This document shows positions 26,947 to 38,049 of a DNA stretch of 45,048 nucleotides, piece after piece (position 1 is the stretch's first letter; every line of letters begins with the position of its first letter). The notes below the pieces were generated by a model. It had not been told where the DNA came from, searched no databases, and saw only the letters and a program-made list of their open reading frames with translations. Location: assembly GCA_964250185.1 (NCBI GenBank), contig CAXUES010000001.1, positions 1 to 45,048 on the forward strand. The letters are read 5' to 3'. The translations under genes and the position numbers were made by a program. Origin of the DNA: an uncultured Solirubrobacteraceae bacterium. GTDB taxonomy: Bacteria > Actinomycetota > Thermoleophilia > Solirubrobacterales > Solirubrobacteraceae.

Positions 26947-29900
26947 GTGTCGCTCACGCTGGTCACCGGTCCCGCCAACGCCGCCAAGGCCGGTGTGGTG
27001 CTCGGCGCGTTCCGGGAGGCGCTGTCGCGATCGGGCTCGCTGCGGCTGCCGGCTCCCGAGCCGCTGCTGGTCGTCCCGACCGCCGCCGACGTCGAGCCCT
27101 ACCAGCGCGAGCTGGCCGCTTCCGGCGCCGTCTTCGGCGGCGAGGTGGTCACCTTCTCGCGGCTGCTCGGCCTCGTCGCGCGCCGGGCCGGCTACCGCGA
27201 GCGGCGCCTGGGCTTCGTCGCGCGTGACCGCGTCGTCGCCGCCGTCGTCCGCGACACCCGGCTGCGGGTCCTGGCCGACAGCGCGCAGACGCCCGGCTTC
27301 GCCCGCGCGGCGGGGCGGCTCTTCTCCGAGCTCCAGCGAGCGCTCATCGCCCCCGAGCGCTTCACGGCGGGTCTGCGGCGGTGGATCGACGGGGCGGAGG
27401 GAGACACTGCTGACGCCGGCGGCGCCGCGGGCGCGGGTGGCGCGGCGGGCGCCGGCGGTTCGGGGAGCGCGGCGCGGCGCGGCGCGTACGTGGAGGACGT
27501 TGCCGCCCTCTACGCCGCGTACGTGCGCCGGCTGGAGGCGCTCGGCCGGGTCGACCCGGAGGGCTACGCGTGGGGCGCGCTCGACGCGCTGCGGGCGGCG
27601 CCGGAGAGCTGGGGCGGCCGGCCGGTCTTCCTGTATGGCTTCGACGACCTCACCGCGACCCAGCTGGACGCGGTCGAGACGCTCGTGCGCGTTTGCGACG
27701 TCGACGTCACCCTCTCGCTGACCTACGAGCCCGGCCGGGCCGCGTTCGCCGCGCGCGCGGCGACGGTGGAGACGCTGCGACCGCTGGCGAGCGCCGTCGT
27801 CGAGCTGCCCGGCGGTGGGGAGCGCACCGCGCCGGCGCTTCACCACCTCGAGCGCCACCTGTTCGACGGTGGCGCCGACCGGGTCCTGCCCAACGGCGCG
27901 GTCCGCCTGCTGGAGGCGGGCGGGGAGCGTGCGGAGGCGGAGCTGATCGGCGCAGCGCTGCTCGAGCTGGTCGAGGCGGGCGCGCCGCCGGAGGACATGG
28001 CGGTGCTGGTTCGCTCCGCCGCGGAGGCGCCGCTGCTGGCCCAGACGCTGGCGGCGTACGGGCTGCCGGTCGCGCGCGCCGAGCGGGTGCGGATCGGGCA
28101 GACGCGGCTCGGCGCCGGCCTGCTCGCGTTCGGCGCCGCCGCGTTCGACGGCACCGCGGGAGATCTGCTCCGCTGGCTGCGCACGCCGGGCAAGGTCGCC
28201 GCGCACGAGACGGTGGACGCCCTCGAGCGCCGGCTGCGCCGCGCCGGCGTCGCCACCGCCGCCGACGCGGTCCGGATGATCGAGCGCGACGAACCTCGCT
28301 CCGACGCTTCCGCCCTGGCCGAACCGCGCTCCGACGCTTGCGCCTTGGCCGAACCGCGCTCCGACGCTTCCGGAAAGCGGAACCCAGAGCGCGCGGTTGG
28401 CGGTGACCGGTATCTGGAGAGCGCGGTTGGGCCTGCGCTCGCGGCGTTGCGGGCTGCCTCCGAGGACGGTGCGGGCGCGCTCCTGGACGCGCTGGAGGCG
28501 GAGCTCGACGCGATCTGGACCGCCCCCCACCGCCGGGAGGCGGCGGTGCTCGACGCGGACGGGCTCGAGGACGCCCGCGTCGCCGCCGAGGTCCGCTTCG
28601 CCGCCGCCGAGCTGCGCCAGCTCGCCGATGCCGACCCGGCGCTGGTCGGCGGGCCGGCGGAGATCCTGGCCACGCTGGCCGCAGTCGAGGTACGCGTCGG
28701 CGGCACCGGCGCCGGCATCCTGCTGGCCGACCCGCTGAGCGTCCGCGCGCGCCGCTTCCGCGTCGTGGTCGTGTGCGGCCTGCAGGACGCCGCCTTCCCG
28801 CGCCGCCCCACGCCCGAGCCGTTCCTCGACGACGCCGACCGCCGCGACCTCGCGCGTGCGTCGGGAATCGTCCTGCCGCTGCACGAGGACGAGCTCGACC
28901 GCGAGCGCTTCCTCTTCTACACCGCCGTCTCCCGCGCGGAGGAGGTCCTGTTCCTGTCCTTCCGCGCGTCGGACGAGGAGGGCGAGCCGGAGCTGCGCTC
29001 GCCGTTCGTCGACGACGTCGCCGCCGTCTTCACCGAGGATCTGTGGACGGGCCGCGGGCGGCGACTGCTCGCCGAGGTGACCTGGCCGCCCGCGCAGGCA
29101 CCGACGCCGCTGGAGCTGCGGCGCGCGCAGGCGGCGACGAGCGGCGAGCGTACGGAGGCCGCCTCGCTGGCGCCGCCGGGGCCGGACCTCTTCGCCGGCT
29201 ATGACCGCGAGAGCGCCCGCGGCCTCGAGTCCTTCGCGCTGTGCGGGGTGCGCTGGCTGGTCGAGCGCGTGCTCAAGCCCGGCCGCATCGACCCGGACCC
29301 CGAGCCGATGACGCGCGGCTCGCTGGCCCACTCCGTGCTCGAACAGACCCTGCGCGCGCTGAAGGAGCACACGGGGTCGGGGGCGCTCACGCCGGCGTCG
29401 CGGGCGAGCGCCCAGGCCGAGCTGGCCGAGGCGATCGACGGGCTGCGCCGCACGCGCGGCGGCGCGGTGGCGCGGGCGGGCGTCCGGGCGCTCGAGGTGG
29501 AGCTGGCGCGCTGGATCGACCACGAATGCGCAACGGGGCCCGGCTACGAGCCGGAGTGGCTGGAGTGGAGCTTCGGCGAGGAGACCCCGCTGCGGCTGGA
29601 GGGGATCGCCGTGACCGGGATCGTGGACCGCATCGACGTCGGGCCGGCGGGCGCGATCGTCCGCGATTACAAGGCCAGCAAGGGCTTCGCGCAGGCCAGC
29701 TGGGCCGCCGACGGTCACCTGCAGGCAGGCCTGTACGCGCTGGCGGCGCGGGAGCTGCTCGGCCTCGACCTCGCCGGCGCGGTCTACCAGCCGCTGCGCG
29801 GCCCCGACCTGCGCCCGCGCGGCGCTGTCCGCGCGGGGGAGGCGGCGGCCGGCCTGGTCGGCAACGACGTCCTCGATCCCGGGGCGTGGGAGGCGCTGCT

Positions 29901-30051
29901 CGACGAGCTGCGCGAGGCGGCCGAGGACGCGGGCGCGCGGCTGCGGGCCGGCGCCATCGTCCCCTGCCCGGAGCGCTGCACCCCGCGCGGCTGCGGCTAC
30001 CCGGGCATCTGCCGCGCCCGCGACGCCGCCCCGCCCCCGCCGTCGGCATGA
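26947..30051 (+). CDS. addB: AddB/RexB-like helicase-nuclease subunit (degenerate helicase + PD-(D/E)XK nuclease)
   Basis: Degenerate P-loop GPANAAKA, YGFDDLT, GIVDRID..IVRDYK, LQAGLY, Cys staple (ALCG...CPERCTPRGCGYPGIC). Confidence 0.85.
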   Translation: MSLTLVTGPANAAKAGVVLGAFREALSRSGSLRLPAPEPLLVVPTAADVEPYQRELAASGAVFGGEVVTFSRLLGLVARRAGYRERRLGFVARDRVVAAVVRDTRLRVLADSAQTPGFARAAGRLFSELQRALIAPERFTAGLRRWIDGAEGDTADAGGAAGAGGAAGAGGSGSAARRGAYVEDVAALYAAYVRRLEALGRVDPEGYAWGALDALRAAPESWGGRPVFLYGFDDLTATQLDAVETLVRVCDVDVTLSLTYEPGRAAFAARAATVETLRPLASAVVELPGGGERTAPALHHLERHLFDGGADRVLPNGAVRLLEAGGERAEAELIGAALLELVEAGAPPEDMAVLVRSAAEAPLLAQTLAAYGLPVARAERVRIGQTRLGAGLLAFGAAAFDGTAGDLLRWLRTPGKVAAHETVDALERRLRRAGVATAADAVRMIERDEPRSDASALAEPRSDACALAEPRSDASGKRNPERAVGGDRYLESAVGPALAALRAASEDGAGALLDALEAELDAIWTAPHRREAAVLDADGLEDARVAAEVRFAAAELRQLADADPALVGGPAEILATLAAVEVRVGGTGAGILLADPLSVRARRFRVVVVCGLQDAAFPRRPTPEPFLDDADRRDLARASGIVLPLHEDELDRERFLFYTAVSRAEEVLFLSFRASDEEGEPELRSPFVDDVAAVFTEDLWTGRGRRLLAEVTWPPAQAPTPLELRRAQAATSGERTEAASLAPPGPDLFAGYDRESARGLESFALCGVRWLVERVLKPGRIDPDPEPMTRGSLAHSVLEQTLRALKEHTGSGALTPASRASAQAELAEAIDGLRRTRGGAVARAGVRALEVELARWIDHECATGPGYEPEWLEWSFGEETPLRLEGIAVTGIVDRIDVGPAGAIVRDYKASKGFAQASWAADGHLQAGLYALAARELLGLDLAGAVYQPLRGPDLRPRGAVRAGEAAAGLVGNDVLDPGAWEALLDELREAAEDAGARLRAGAIVPCPERCTPRGCGYPGICRARDAAPPPPSA
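28291..28430. repeat. In-frame 30-bp-period repeat cluster inside addB
   Basis: GAACC(T/G)CGCTCCGACGCTT at 28291, 28321 and 28351; inverse GCGCGGTTGG at 28391 and 28421. Confidence 0.85.
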
Positions 30052-30076
30052 CACCCGCGACGACACCACCACCGCA

Positions 30077-33000
30077 GTGACGCCCGCGACGGCATCCGCC
30101 CCGCCCGGCACCGCCCAGTCCGGCACCGCCGCGATCGCCGGCGGCCGCGTCTTCACGGCCGAGCAGCGCGCGGCCATCGACGACCGCTCCGGAGCGTCGC
30201 TGCTGGCCGCGGCCGCGGGGTCCGGCAAGACGGCGGTGATGGTCGAGCGGTTCGTGGCGGCCGTGCTCCAGGACGGCGCCGAGGTGGGCGCGATCCTCGC
30301 CCTCACCTTCACCGAGAAGGCGGCCGGCGAGTTGCGCGACCGGGTGCGCCGCCGCTTCACCGAGCTGGGCGAGCACGAGCACGCGCGGACCGCCGAGGCG
30401 GCCGCGATCGGAACGATCCACGGCTTCTGCGCCGGCGTCCTGCGCGCGCACCCGTTCGCGGCCGGGCTGGACCCGCGCTTCACCGTGCTTGAGGAGGGCG
30501 TCACCCGGCGGCTGCACGACGCCGCGTACGACCGCGCGGTGGAGGCGTGGGCGACCGCGGAGGGCGCCGCCGCCGTCGATCTCCTGGCTGCGATGCGCGA
30601 CGACCTGCGCACGCTCGTCCACGACGCCTACGCCGAGCTGCGCAGCCGCGGGGAGCGGGTGCCGCGCCTGCCGATCCCTCCGCAGACGCCTGCGCCGGAT
30701 CCCGCGCCGCTGATCGCCGCGGTGCGCGAGGCGGGCGCCTGCCTCACCGGTGCGACCGGCAAGACCGTGGAGGCCGGCCAGGACGCGCTGGCGGCGGCGA
30801 CCGACCTGCTCGGCGCGCTCGACGGTCGCGTCCCCCTCCCGACGGAGCTCGACCGGGCCAAGCTCGGCGCCGGCGCGAAGCTGCTCAAGGAGCCCGGCTG
30901 CGACGCCTACAGGGCGGCCTGGCAGACCTACCGCCAGGCGTGCGCCGACCACCACGCCCGCCCCGTAGTCGTCCTCGCCGACCGTCTGCTGGCGCGCTTC
31001 GGCGAGGAGGCGGCACGCGCGAAGACCGCCCGCGCGGCGGTCGACTTCGAGGACCTGCAGCTGCTCGTCCGCGACCTGTTCGCCAACGATGACGCGCTGC
31101 GGCGGCGCTGGGCCGACCGCTACGCGCTGATCATGGTCGACGAGTTCCAGGACACCAACCGGTTGCAGATGGACGTCCTCTCCCGGCTGGACCGGGGCAA
31201 CCTGTTCGTGGTCGGCGACGCGTTCCAGTCCATCTACGGCTTCCGTCACGCCGACATCGAGATCTTCCGCGAGCGCGCGGCCGCGCTCGGCCCGCAGCGG
31301 ACCCGCCGGCTGACGGCCAACTTCCGCTCGCGCGGCGATCTCCTGGACGTCCTCAACGCCGCCTTCGTGCCCATCTTCGGGGACGAGTTCGCGCCGCTCG
31401 TGGCCGCGAGGGCGGACGTCGCCGCCGCCGCTCCCGAGGGCCTGCTCTTCGACCCCGACCACGTCGACGCCGCACCCGCCCGTCCCCCAGTCGAGCTGCT
31501 GGTCACGGACGCGAGCCGCGACTGGGAGGGTGTCGGTCTCGACATCCCGGGGGAGAAGGCGTGGCGGCGTGCGGAGGCGCGGCTGGTCGCCCAGCGGCTG
31601 GCCGAGGAGATCGACCGCGGCCGGCGGCCGGGGGAGATCGCGGTGCTCGTCCGCGCGGCGGCGTCGCTACGCCTGATCGAGCAGGCGCTGGAGGAGCAGG
31701 GGTTGCCCACGTACGTCGTCGGCGGCCGCGGGTACTGGTCGCAGGAGCAGGTCCGTGACGGCCTCGCCTATCTGCAGGTCCTGGCCAACCCGCTCGACGA
31801 GACCGCGCTCTACTCCGTGCTCGCCTCCCCGTTCGCCGGGGCCGGCGCCGAGGCGCTCGTCCACCTCGCCCGCGCCGGCAAGGAACACGGCGGCGCGTGG
31901 GCGGCGCTGCGCGCCCGCGCCGTCGCGCACGAGGGCCTGCGCCGCCTCACCGACCTCCTCGAGACCGAGCGCGACCAGGCGGAGCGACTCCCCGCCGAGG
32001 TCCTTCTCGAGCGCGCGATCGCGGCGACCGGCTACGACGTCGCCGTGCTCGGGCGCCGCGGCGGCGAGCGGCGGCTGGCGAACCTGCGCAAGCTCATGCG
32101 CCTGGCCCGCGAGTTCGAGCGCGCCGAGGGCCGCGACCTGCGCGCCTTCCTCGCCTTCGCGCTCACCCAGGACCTCTCCGGCGCGCGCGAGGGCGAGGCG
32201 GCGCTGGAGGGGGAGGGCCTCGACGCCGTGCGGCTGATGACCATCCACCGCGCCAAGGGCCTCGAGTTCCCGGTCGTCTGCGTCGCCGACCTCGGGCGCC
32301 AGGGGCCGGGTGGTGGGCCGCCGCTGCTGCTCGGTGGCGACGATCGGGTCGGGCTGCGCTTCAAGGCGCTCGGCGCGCCCAAGGCCGTCCCGGCGCTCGA
32401 CCACGCTGCCCTCAACCAGGAGCGCATCGACCGCGAGGACGCCGAGGAGCGCCGGCTGCTCTATGTCGCCATGACCCGGGCGGAGGACACCCTGATCCTG
32501 TCCGGCGGCATCGACCTGGCCCGCAACCCGGAGCCGCGCCCGGGCGGCGCGCCGCTCGCCTGGATCCTGCGGGCGTTCGACGGCGTCGTCGCCCCGCGCC
32601 TGAACGACCCCGCGGCGCTCTCCGCGCTCCCCGCCGCCCAGGGCCGCCCCGGCGGCACCGCGCTGCCCGCCCCCGTCACGCTCGCCGCCGCCGCGCCGGC
32701 CGCGCCGGCCGCCGCCGTCCCCACCCGGTTGTCGTTCTCCAGCCTCGGCGAGTACGACCGCTGCGCCTACCGCTGGTACCTGCGCCGCGTCCTGCGGCTA
32801 CCCACCGTCAAGCCCCCGCCATTGGAAACAACGGACAGTCCCCTCATTCCAACCGGGCTGGACCTGATGACGCGGGGGTCGCTGGTCCACGAGCTGCTCG
32901 AGGATCTCGACTTCGGCCGGCCGGGGCCGCCGCCGGAGGAGGCGATCGCCGCGGTCGCCGCCGAGCGCGACGTCGAGCTCACCGCGGCCGAGACGGCCGA

Positions 33001-33535
33001 CGTGGCCCGGCTGGTGGACGCGTTCGCGCGCTCGCCGTTGTGCGCGCGGCTCGCCGCCGCCCACGCCGTCCGCCGCGAGGCGTCCTTCACCTTCGCCCTC
33101 TACGAGGACTCGCGCGGCCCGCTCGTCAACGGGATCGTCGACGTGGTCGCCACGGAGGCGGACGGGACGGTGCTCGTCGTGGACTACAAGACCAACCCGC
33201 TCGAGGGGACGGATCCCGAGCGGCTCACGGAGGCCGACTACGCGATCCAGCGGCTCGTCTACGCGCTGGCCGCGCTGCGCGACGGGGCGCCGCGGGTCGA
33301 GGTCGCGCACTGCTACCTCGAGCGGCCCGACGCCCCGGCCACCGCCGTCTACGGCCCGGGGGACACGCGCACGCTCGCGGAGGAACTGGCCCGCCGCGCG
33401 GGCGGGCTGCTGGCCGGTGACTTCGCGCCGACCCCGCAGCCCCACCGTGAGCTGTGCGGCAGCTGCCCCGGGAGGCGAGCGCTGTGCTCGCATCCCGAGG
33501 CAGCGACCCTCAGCCCGCTGTCGGCGGGCGCTTAA
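30077..33535 (+). CDS. addA: AddA/RexA-like UvrD helicase + PD-(D/E)XK nuclease
   Basis: AAAGSGKT, TFTEKAA, TIHGF, DEFQDTN, GDAFQSIYGFR, NFRS, TIHRAKGLEF, RLLYVAMTRA and GIVDVV..VVDYKT. Confidence 0.9.
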   Translation: MTPATASAPPGTAQSGTAAIAGGRVFTAEQRAAIDDRSGASLLAAAAGSGKTAVMVERFVAAVLQDGAEVGAILALTFTEKAAGELRDRVRRRFTELGEHEHARTAEAAAIGTIHGFCAGVLRAHPFAAGLDPRFTVLEEGVTRRLHDAAYDRAVEAWATAEGAAAVDLLAAMRDDLRTLVHDAYAELRSRGERVPRLPIPPQTPAPDPAPLIAAVREAGACLTGATGKTVEAGQDALAAATDLLGALDGRVPLPTELDRAKLGAGAKLLKEPGCDAYRAAWQTYRQACADHHARPVVVLADRLLARFGEEAARAKTARAAVDFEDLQLLVRDLFANDDALRRRWADRYALIMVDEFQDTNRLQMDVLSRLDRGNLFVVGDAFQSIYGFRHADIEIFRERAAALGPQRTRRLTANFRSRGDLLDVLNAAFVPIFGDEFAPLVAARADVAAAAPEGLLFDPDHVDAAPARPPVELLVTDASRDWEGVGLDIPGEKAWRRAEARLVAQRLAEEIDRGRRPGEIAVLVRAAASLRLIEQALEEQGLPTYVVGGRGYWSQEQVRDGLAYLQVLANPLDETALYSVLASPFAGAGAEALVHLARAGKEHGGAWAALRARAVAHEGLRRLTDLLETERDQAERLPAEVLLERAIAATGYDVAVLGRRGGERRLANLRKLMRLAREFERAEGRDLRAFLAFALTQDLSGAREGEAALEGEGLDAVRLMTIHRAKGLEFPVVCVADLGRQGPGGGPPLLLGGDDRVGLRFKALGAPKAVPALDHAALNQERIDREDAEERRLLYVAMTRAEDTLILSGGIDLARNPEPRPGGAPLAWILRAFDGVVAPRLNDPAALSALPAAQGRPGGTALPAPVTLAAAAPAAPAAAVPTRLSFSSLGEYDRCAYRWYLRRVLRLPTVKPPPLETTDSPLIPTGLDLMTRGSLVHELLEDLDFGRPGPPPEEAIAAVAAERDVELTAAETADVARLVDAFARSPLCARLAAAHAVRREASFTFALYEDSRGPLVNGIVDVVATEADGTVLVVDYKTNPLEGTDPERLTEADYAIQRLVYALAALRDGAPRVEVAHCYLERPDAPATAVYGPGDTRTLAEELARRAGGLLAGDFAPTPQPHRELCGSCPGRRALCSHPEAATLSPLSAGA

Positions 33536-33702
33536 ACCCTGCGTGAGCCGCCGACGCGGCCACCGAAGCCGCCGCTCATGGGGGCGGCCGCGAGCAGGAC
33601 GATGATCGCGGCGATGACGCCCACGATGACCGGGAGTCCCAGCACTCCGCACAGCCAGTAGGCGAGCGCGGCGAGCAGGATGGCGATGATGATGCTGATC
33701 AT
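33532..33702 (-). CDS. Small two-TM membrane protein (56 aa)
   Basis: MISIIIAILLAALAYWLCGVLGLPVIVGVIAAIIVLLA with a strong AGGAGGT RBS. Confidence 0.8.
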   Translation of the reverse strand: MISIIIAILLAALAYWLCGVLGLPVIVGVIAAIIVLLAAAPMSGGFGGRVGGSRRV

Positions 33703-33770
33703 GGTGTGACCTCCTGACCGGCCGGCTCCCGCACCCGGTCGGACGTCGTTGATGGTTGCTGACGCAGGCC

Positions 33771-33795
33771 TTTCCCGCGGATAACTGGCACAAAC
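33771..33795 (-). promoter_or_regulatory. SigB-type promoter for the small membrane protein
   Basis: GTTT-N15-GGGAAA, divergent from the SigB/F gene. Confidence 0.6.
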
Positions 33796-33843
33796 CCACC
33801 GCGCAGTAATCTGCAACGAGCGTCTCGCCCCTCCGGCTGGGGC

Positions 33844-34686
33844 GTGGCCCGACCGACCAGCGTGCCCATCATCGAACGCGAGCCAAAGTCAGACCCGGCG
33901 CCTGAACGCAGCGCCCCCAGCCCCTCCTCATCCTCGGAGGAGCGCGCTGCGCGAGCGGCCGAGGACCGGCGCCTGCTCACGCGCTACCACCGCATGGGGG
34001 ACACCGCCGCGCGCGAGCAGGTCGTCCAGCGCTTCCTGCCGCTCGCCCGCCAGCTGGCCCGCCGCTACGCGGGCGCCGGCGAGCCGCTCGAGGACCTCGT
34101 CCAGGTGGCCAGCCTCGGCCTCGTCAAGGCGGTCGACCGCTTCGATCCCGCCCGCGAGGTCGCGTTCTCGAGCTTCGCCGTCCCCACCATCCTCGGCGAG
34201 CTCAAGCGCCACTTCCGCGACAAGGGCTGGTCCGTCCGCGTCCCGCGCGACCTGCAGGAGCTGGCGCTGCGCCTGGACCGCACGCAGGAGGACCTCGGCC
34301 GCGAGCTCGGCCGCGCCCCCACCACCGCTGAGGTCGCCGGGCGCCTGGACGTCACCGAGGAGGACATCCTGGAGGCCCGCGAGGCCGCGCACGCCTACCG
34401 CGCCGTCAGCCTCGACCGCCCGCGCACCGAAGACGACGAGGGCGGCCCGGCCGTCTCCGACGCGATGGGCGGCGACGACCCCGGCTTCCGCCGCGCCGAG
34501 GACGCCGCCACCGTCGACCAGCTCCTGCGCGTGCTCGCCCCCCGCGAGCGCGAGGTGCTGCGGCTGCGCTTCAGCGAGGACCTCACCCAGCAGGAGATCG
34601 GCGATCGCATCGGCGTCTCCCAGATGCACGTCTCGCGCCTCATCCGCCAGGCCATCACCCGCCTCGGCGAAGCCGCCGACCACTGA
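33844..34686 (+). CDS. RNA polymerase sigma factor, SigB/SigF/SigG family (exact start uncertain)
   Basis: EPLEDLVQVASLGLVKAVDRFDP, FSSFAVPTILGELKRHFRDKGWSVRVPR and TQQEIGDRIGVSQMHVSRL. Confidence 0.95.
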   Translation: MARPTSVPIIEREPKSDPAPERSAPSPSSSSEERAARAAEDRRLLTRYHRMGDTAAREQVVQRFLPLARQLARRYAGAGEPLEDLVQVASLGLVKAVDRFDPAREVAFSSFAVPTILGELKRHFRDKGWSVRVPRDLQELALRLDRTQEDLGRELGRAPTTAEVAGRLDVTEEDILEAREAAHAYRAVSLDRPRTEDDEGGPAVSDAMGGDDPGFRRAEDAATVDQLLRVLAPREREVLRLRFSEDLTQQEIGDRIGVSQMHVSRLIRQAITRLGEAADH

Positions 34687-34697
34687 GTGGCCCACTG

Positions 34698-35256
34698 GTG
34701 ACTCGCCTCTTCCTGGTCCGCCACGGCGAGTCCGCCTGGAACGCCGAGAACCGCCTGCAGGGCCAGGCCGACGCGCCGCTGTCGGCCCTCGGGCGCGAGC
34801 AGGCGCGGGCGCTGCGCCTGCCGCGGCTCCCCGCAGTGGGCTCTGACCTCGAGCGGGCGCGGGAGACCGCCGAGCTCGCGGGCTTCCCCGACGTCCCGGT
34901 GGACCCGCGCTGGCGCGAGCGCGGCCTGGGCGAGTGGGAGACCCACCTCGAGTCGGAGGTGGCGACCAAGGACGACATGGCGCGCTTCCGGACCGGCGCG
35001 CTGGTCCCGCCCGGGGGAGAGACGTGGGACGCCTTCCAGGCCCGCGTTGCCGACGCCGCCGCGGCCGTGACCGGCGACTGCCTCGTCTTCACCCACGGCG
35101 GCTGCGTGCGCGCGCTCGTCGCCGCGATCACCGGCGCGGACTACCGCACCGTTGCCGGACCCGCCAACACGAGCGTGACGGTCGTGCGCACGGGGCAGCA
35201 CCCCCGGATGCTTGCCTTCAACTGGACGCCGGAGATGCCGGGGTTCGCGCGCGCCA

Positions 35257-35273
<17 letters not shown>
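34698..35273 (+). CDS. Histidine phosphatase family protein
   Basis: LVRHGES.WN, SDLERARETA, PPGGE and THGG. Confidence 0.9.
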
Positions 35274-36874
<1,601 letters not shown>

Positions 36875-36876
<2 letters not shown>

Positions 36877-36900
36877 ACTTCCCGGCGCACGCCGGGGGTT
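36875..36900. terminator. Hairpin after recQ (putative terminator)
   Basis: CCCGGC-GCAC-GCCGGG stem with extendable flanks between convergent recQ and uvsE. Confidence 0.4.
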
Positions 36901-36981
36901 GCGCGCCTGGCGGCCCGCCTGGCCGTCGCAGCCGGTGACGGTGGGGCCTTCGCTTCGCCGGGTCCTCCCCGGGCCCCCCGG

Positions 36982-37923
36982 CTAGACCTCGACGCCGCGA
37001 GCGGCGAGCTGGTCGCGCAGCCGCAGGAGGGCGAGATCCTTGGCCTTGACCTCGAGCATGACGTCGAAGTCGGGCAGGCCAACGGCGGCGTCGCGCAGGA
37101 AGGACTCGAAGGCGATCGGGTCGACCAGGTCGGCGTGCGCGCGCAGCGGCGGGAGGACCCAGGTGCGCTCGACGCGGCGGCCGACCTTCTTCTTGCGCTC
37201 CTCCATGGCCGTGCGCGGGGTGGACCAGTGGATCTTGGGGACGACGCCCTCGGGCCAGGTGGCCAGGGCGAGCGCGAGCGCCTCGCGGTCGGGGATGCGG
37301 TCGGGGTCCACGCAATGGTGGTGGTGGATGTCCCAGACGACGCGCAGGCCGGTGCGGCGGTGGACCTCGAGGACGTCGCCCAGTGAGAAGGTGACGTCGT
37401 CGTTCTCGACCACCAACCGGGCCTTGGCGCGGTCCGACAGCCGCTCGAAGCCGGCCTCGAAGCGGCCCAGCGCCGCGTCGCGGCCGCCGGCCCCGCCGCC
37501 GACGTGGAGGATGCAGACCGCCTCCGGCCCGCAGCCCATCGCGTCCAGCAGCGCCGCCTGGACCTCGACGTCGCGGATCGACCCCGCGACCGTGTTCGGG
37601 TTCTCCGAGTTGAGGACGATGTACTGGCTCGGGTGCGTGGAGAGACGGACGTCGGCGGCACGGGCGGCCTCGCCGAGCGCGGCGAGCGCCTCCGCGCAGT
37701 CCTCCACCTGGCCGTGGAACTGCGGCAGGTCAGGGTGGGTCGCGTAGGGCGCGACGTTGGCCGCGAAGCGGTACATGTGGATGTCGTGGCGGTCGCAGTA
37801 GTCCAGGACGCCGTGGAGCATCTCGATCGAGGTGCGCAGGTGCGGCCCGGACTGCCAGCGGCGGTTGTCGGAGGTGGGCAGCCCGCCTTCGCCCATGACC
37901 TTGACCGCGAAACCGAGCCTCAT
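36982..37923 (-). CDS. uvsE: UV damage endonuclease
   Basis: MRLGFAV, IHMYRF, RLSTHPSQYIVLNS, LHVGG, RLVVENDD, WDIHHH, PKIHWS, HAD and DVMLEVKAKD. Confidence 0.93.
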   Translation of the reverse strand: MRLGFAVKVMGEGGLPTSDNRRWQSGPHLRTSIEMLHGVLDYCDRHDIHMYRFAANVAPYATHPDLPQFHGQVEDCAEALAALGEAARAADVRLSTHPSQYIVLNSENPNTVAGSIRDVEVQAALLDAMGCGPEAVCILHVGGGAGGRDAALGRFEAGFERLSDRAKARLVVENDDVTFSLGDVLEVHRRTGLRVVWDIHHHHCVDPDRIPDREALALALATWPEGVVPKIHWSTPRTAMEERKKKVGRRVERTWVLPPLRAHADLVDPIAFESFLRDAAVGLPDFDVMLEVKAKDLALLRLRDQLAARGVEV

Positions 37924-38049
37924 CGACGGTCGCCGGAGGAGCGTGGCGTGGCGCGCACGACGCGATCGTAGGCGCCCGGCGGGGCTTCGCGCGCGTCACG
38001 TCTCACGCAGGGTGTACGTAAGCTGCGCCGAAGGGGTATGACAGTTGCG

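Noticed and set aside
27412-27470. AGGAAG-type Gly/Ala peptide repeat in addB
   Set aside because: Low-complexity slippage expansion in a loop; no element-like structure
28291-28430. CRISPR array interpretation (repeats inside a gene with a Cas4-like nuclease domain)
   Set aside because: The period is only 30 nt with no unique spacers, it lies within a CDS, there are no cas1/cas2 genes, and the nuclease domains belong to AddAB
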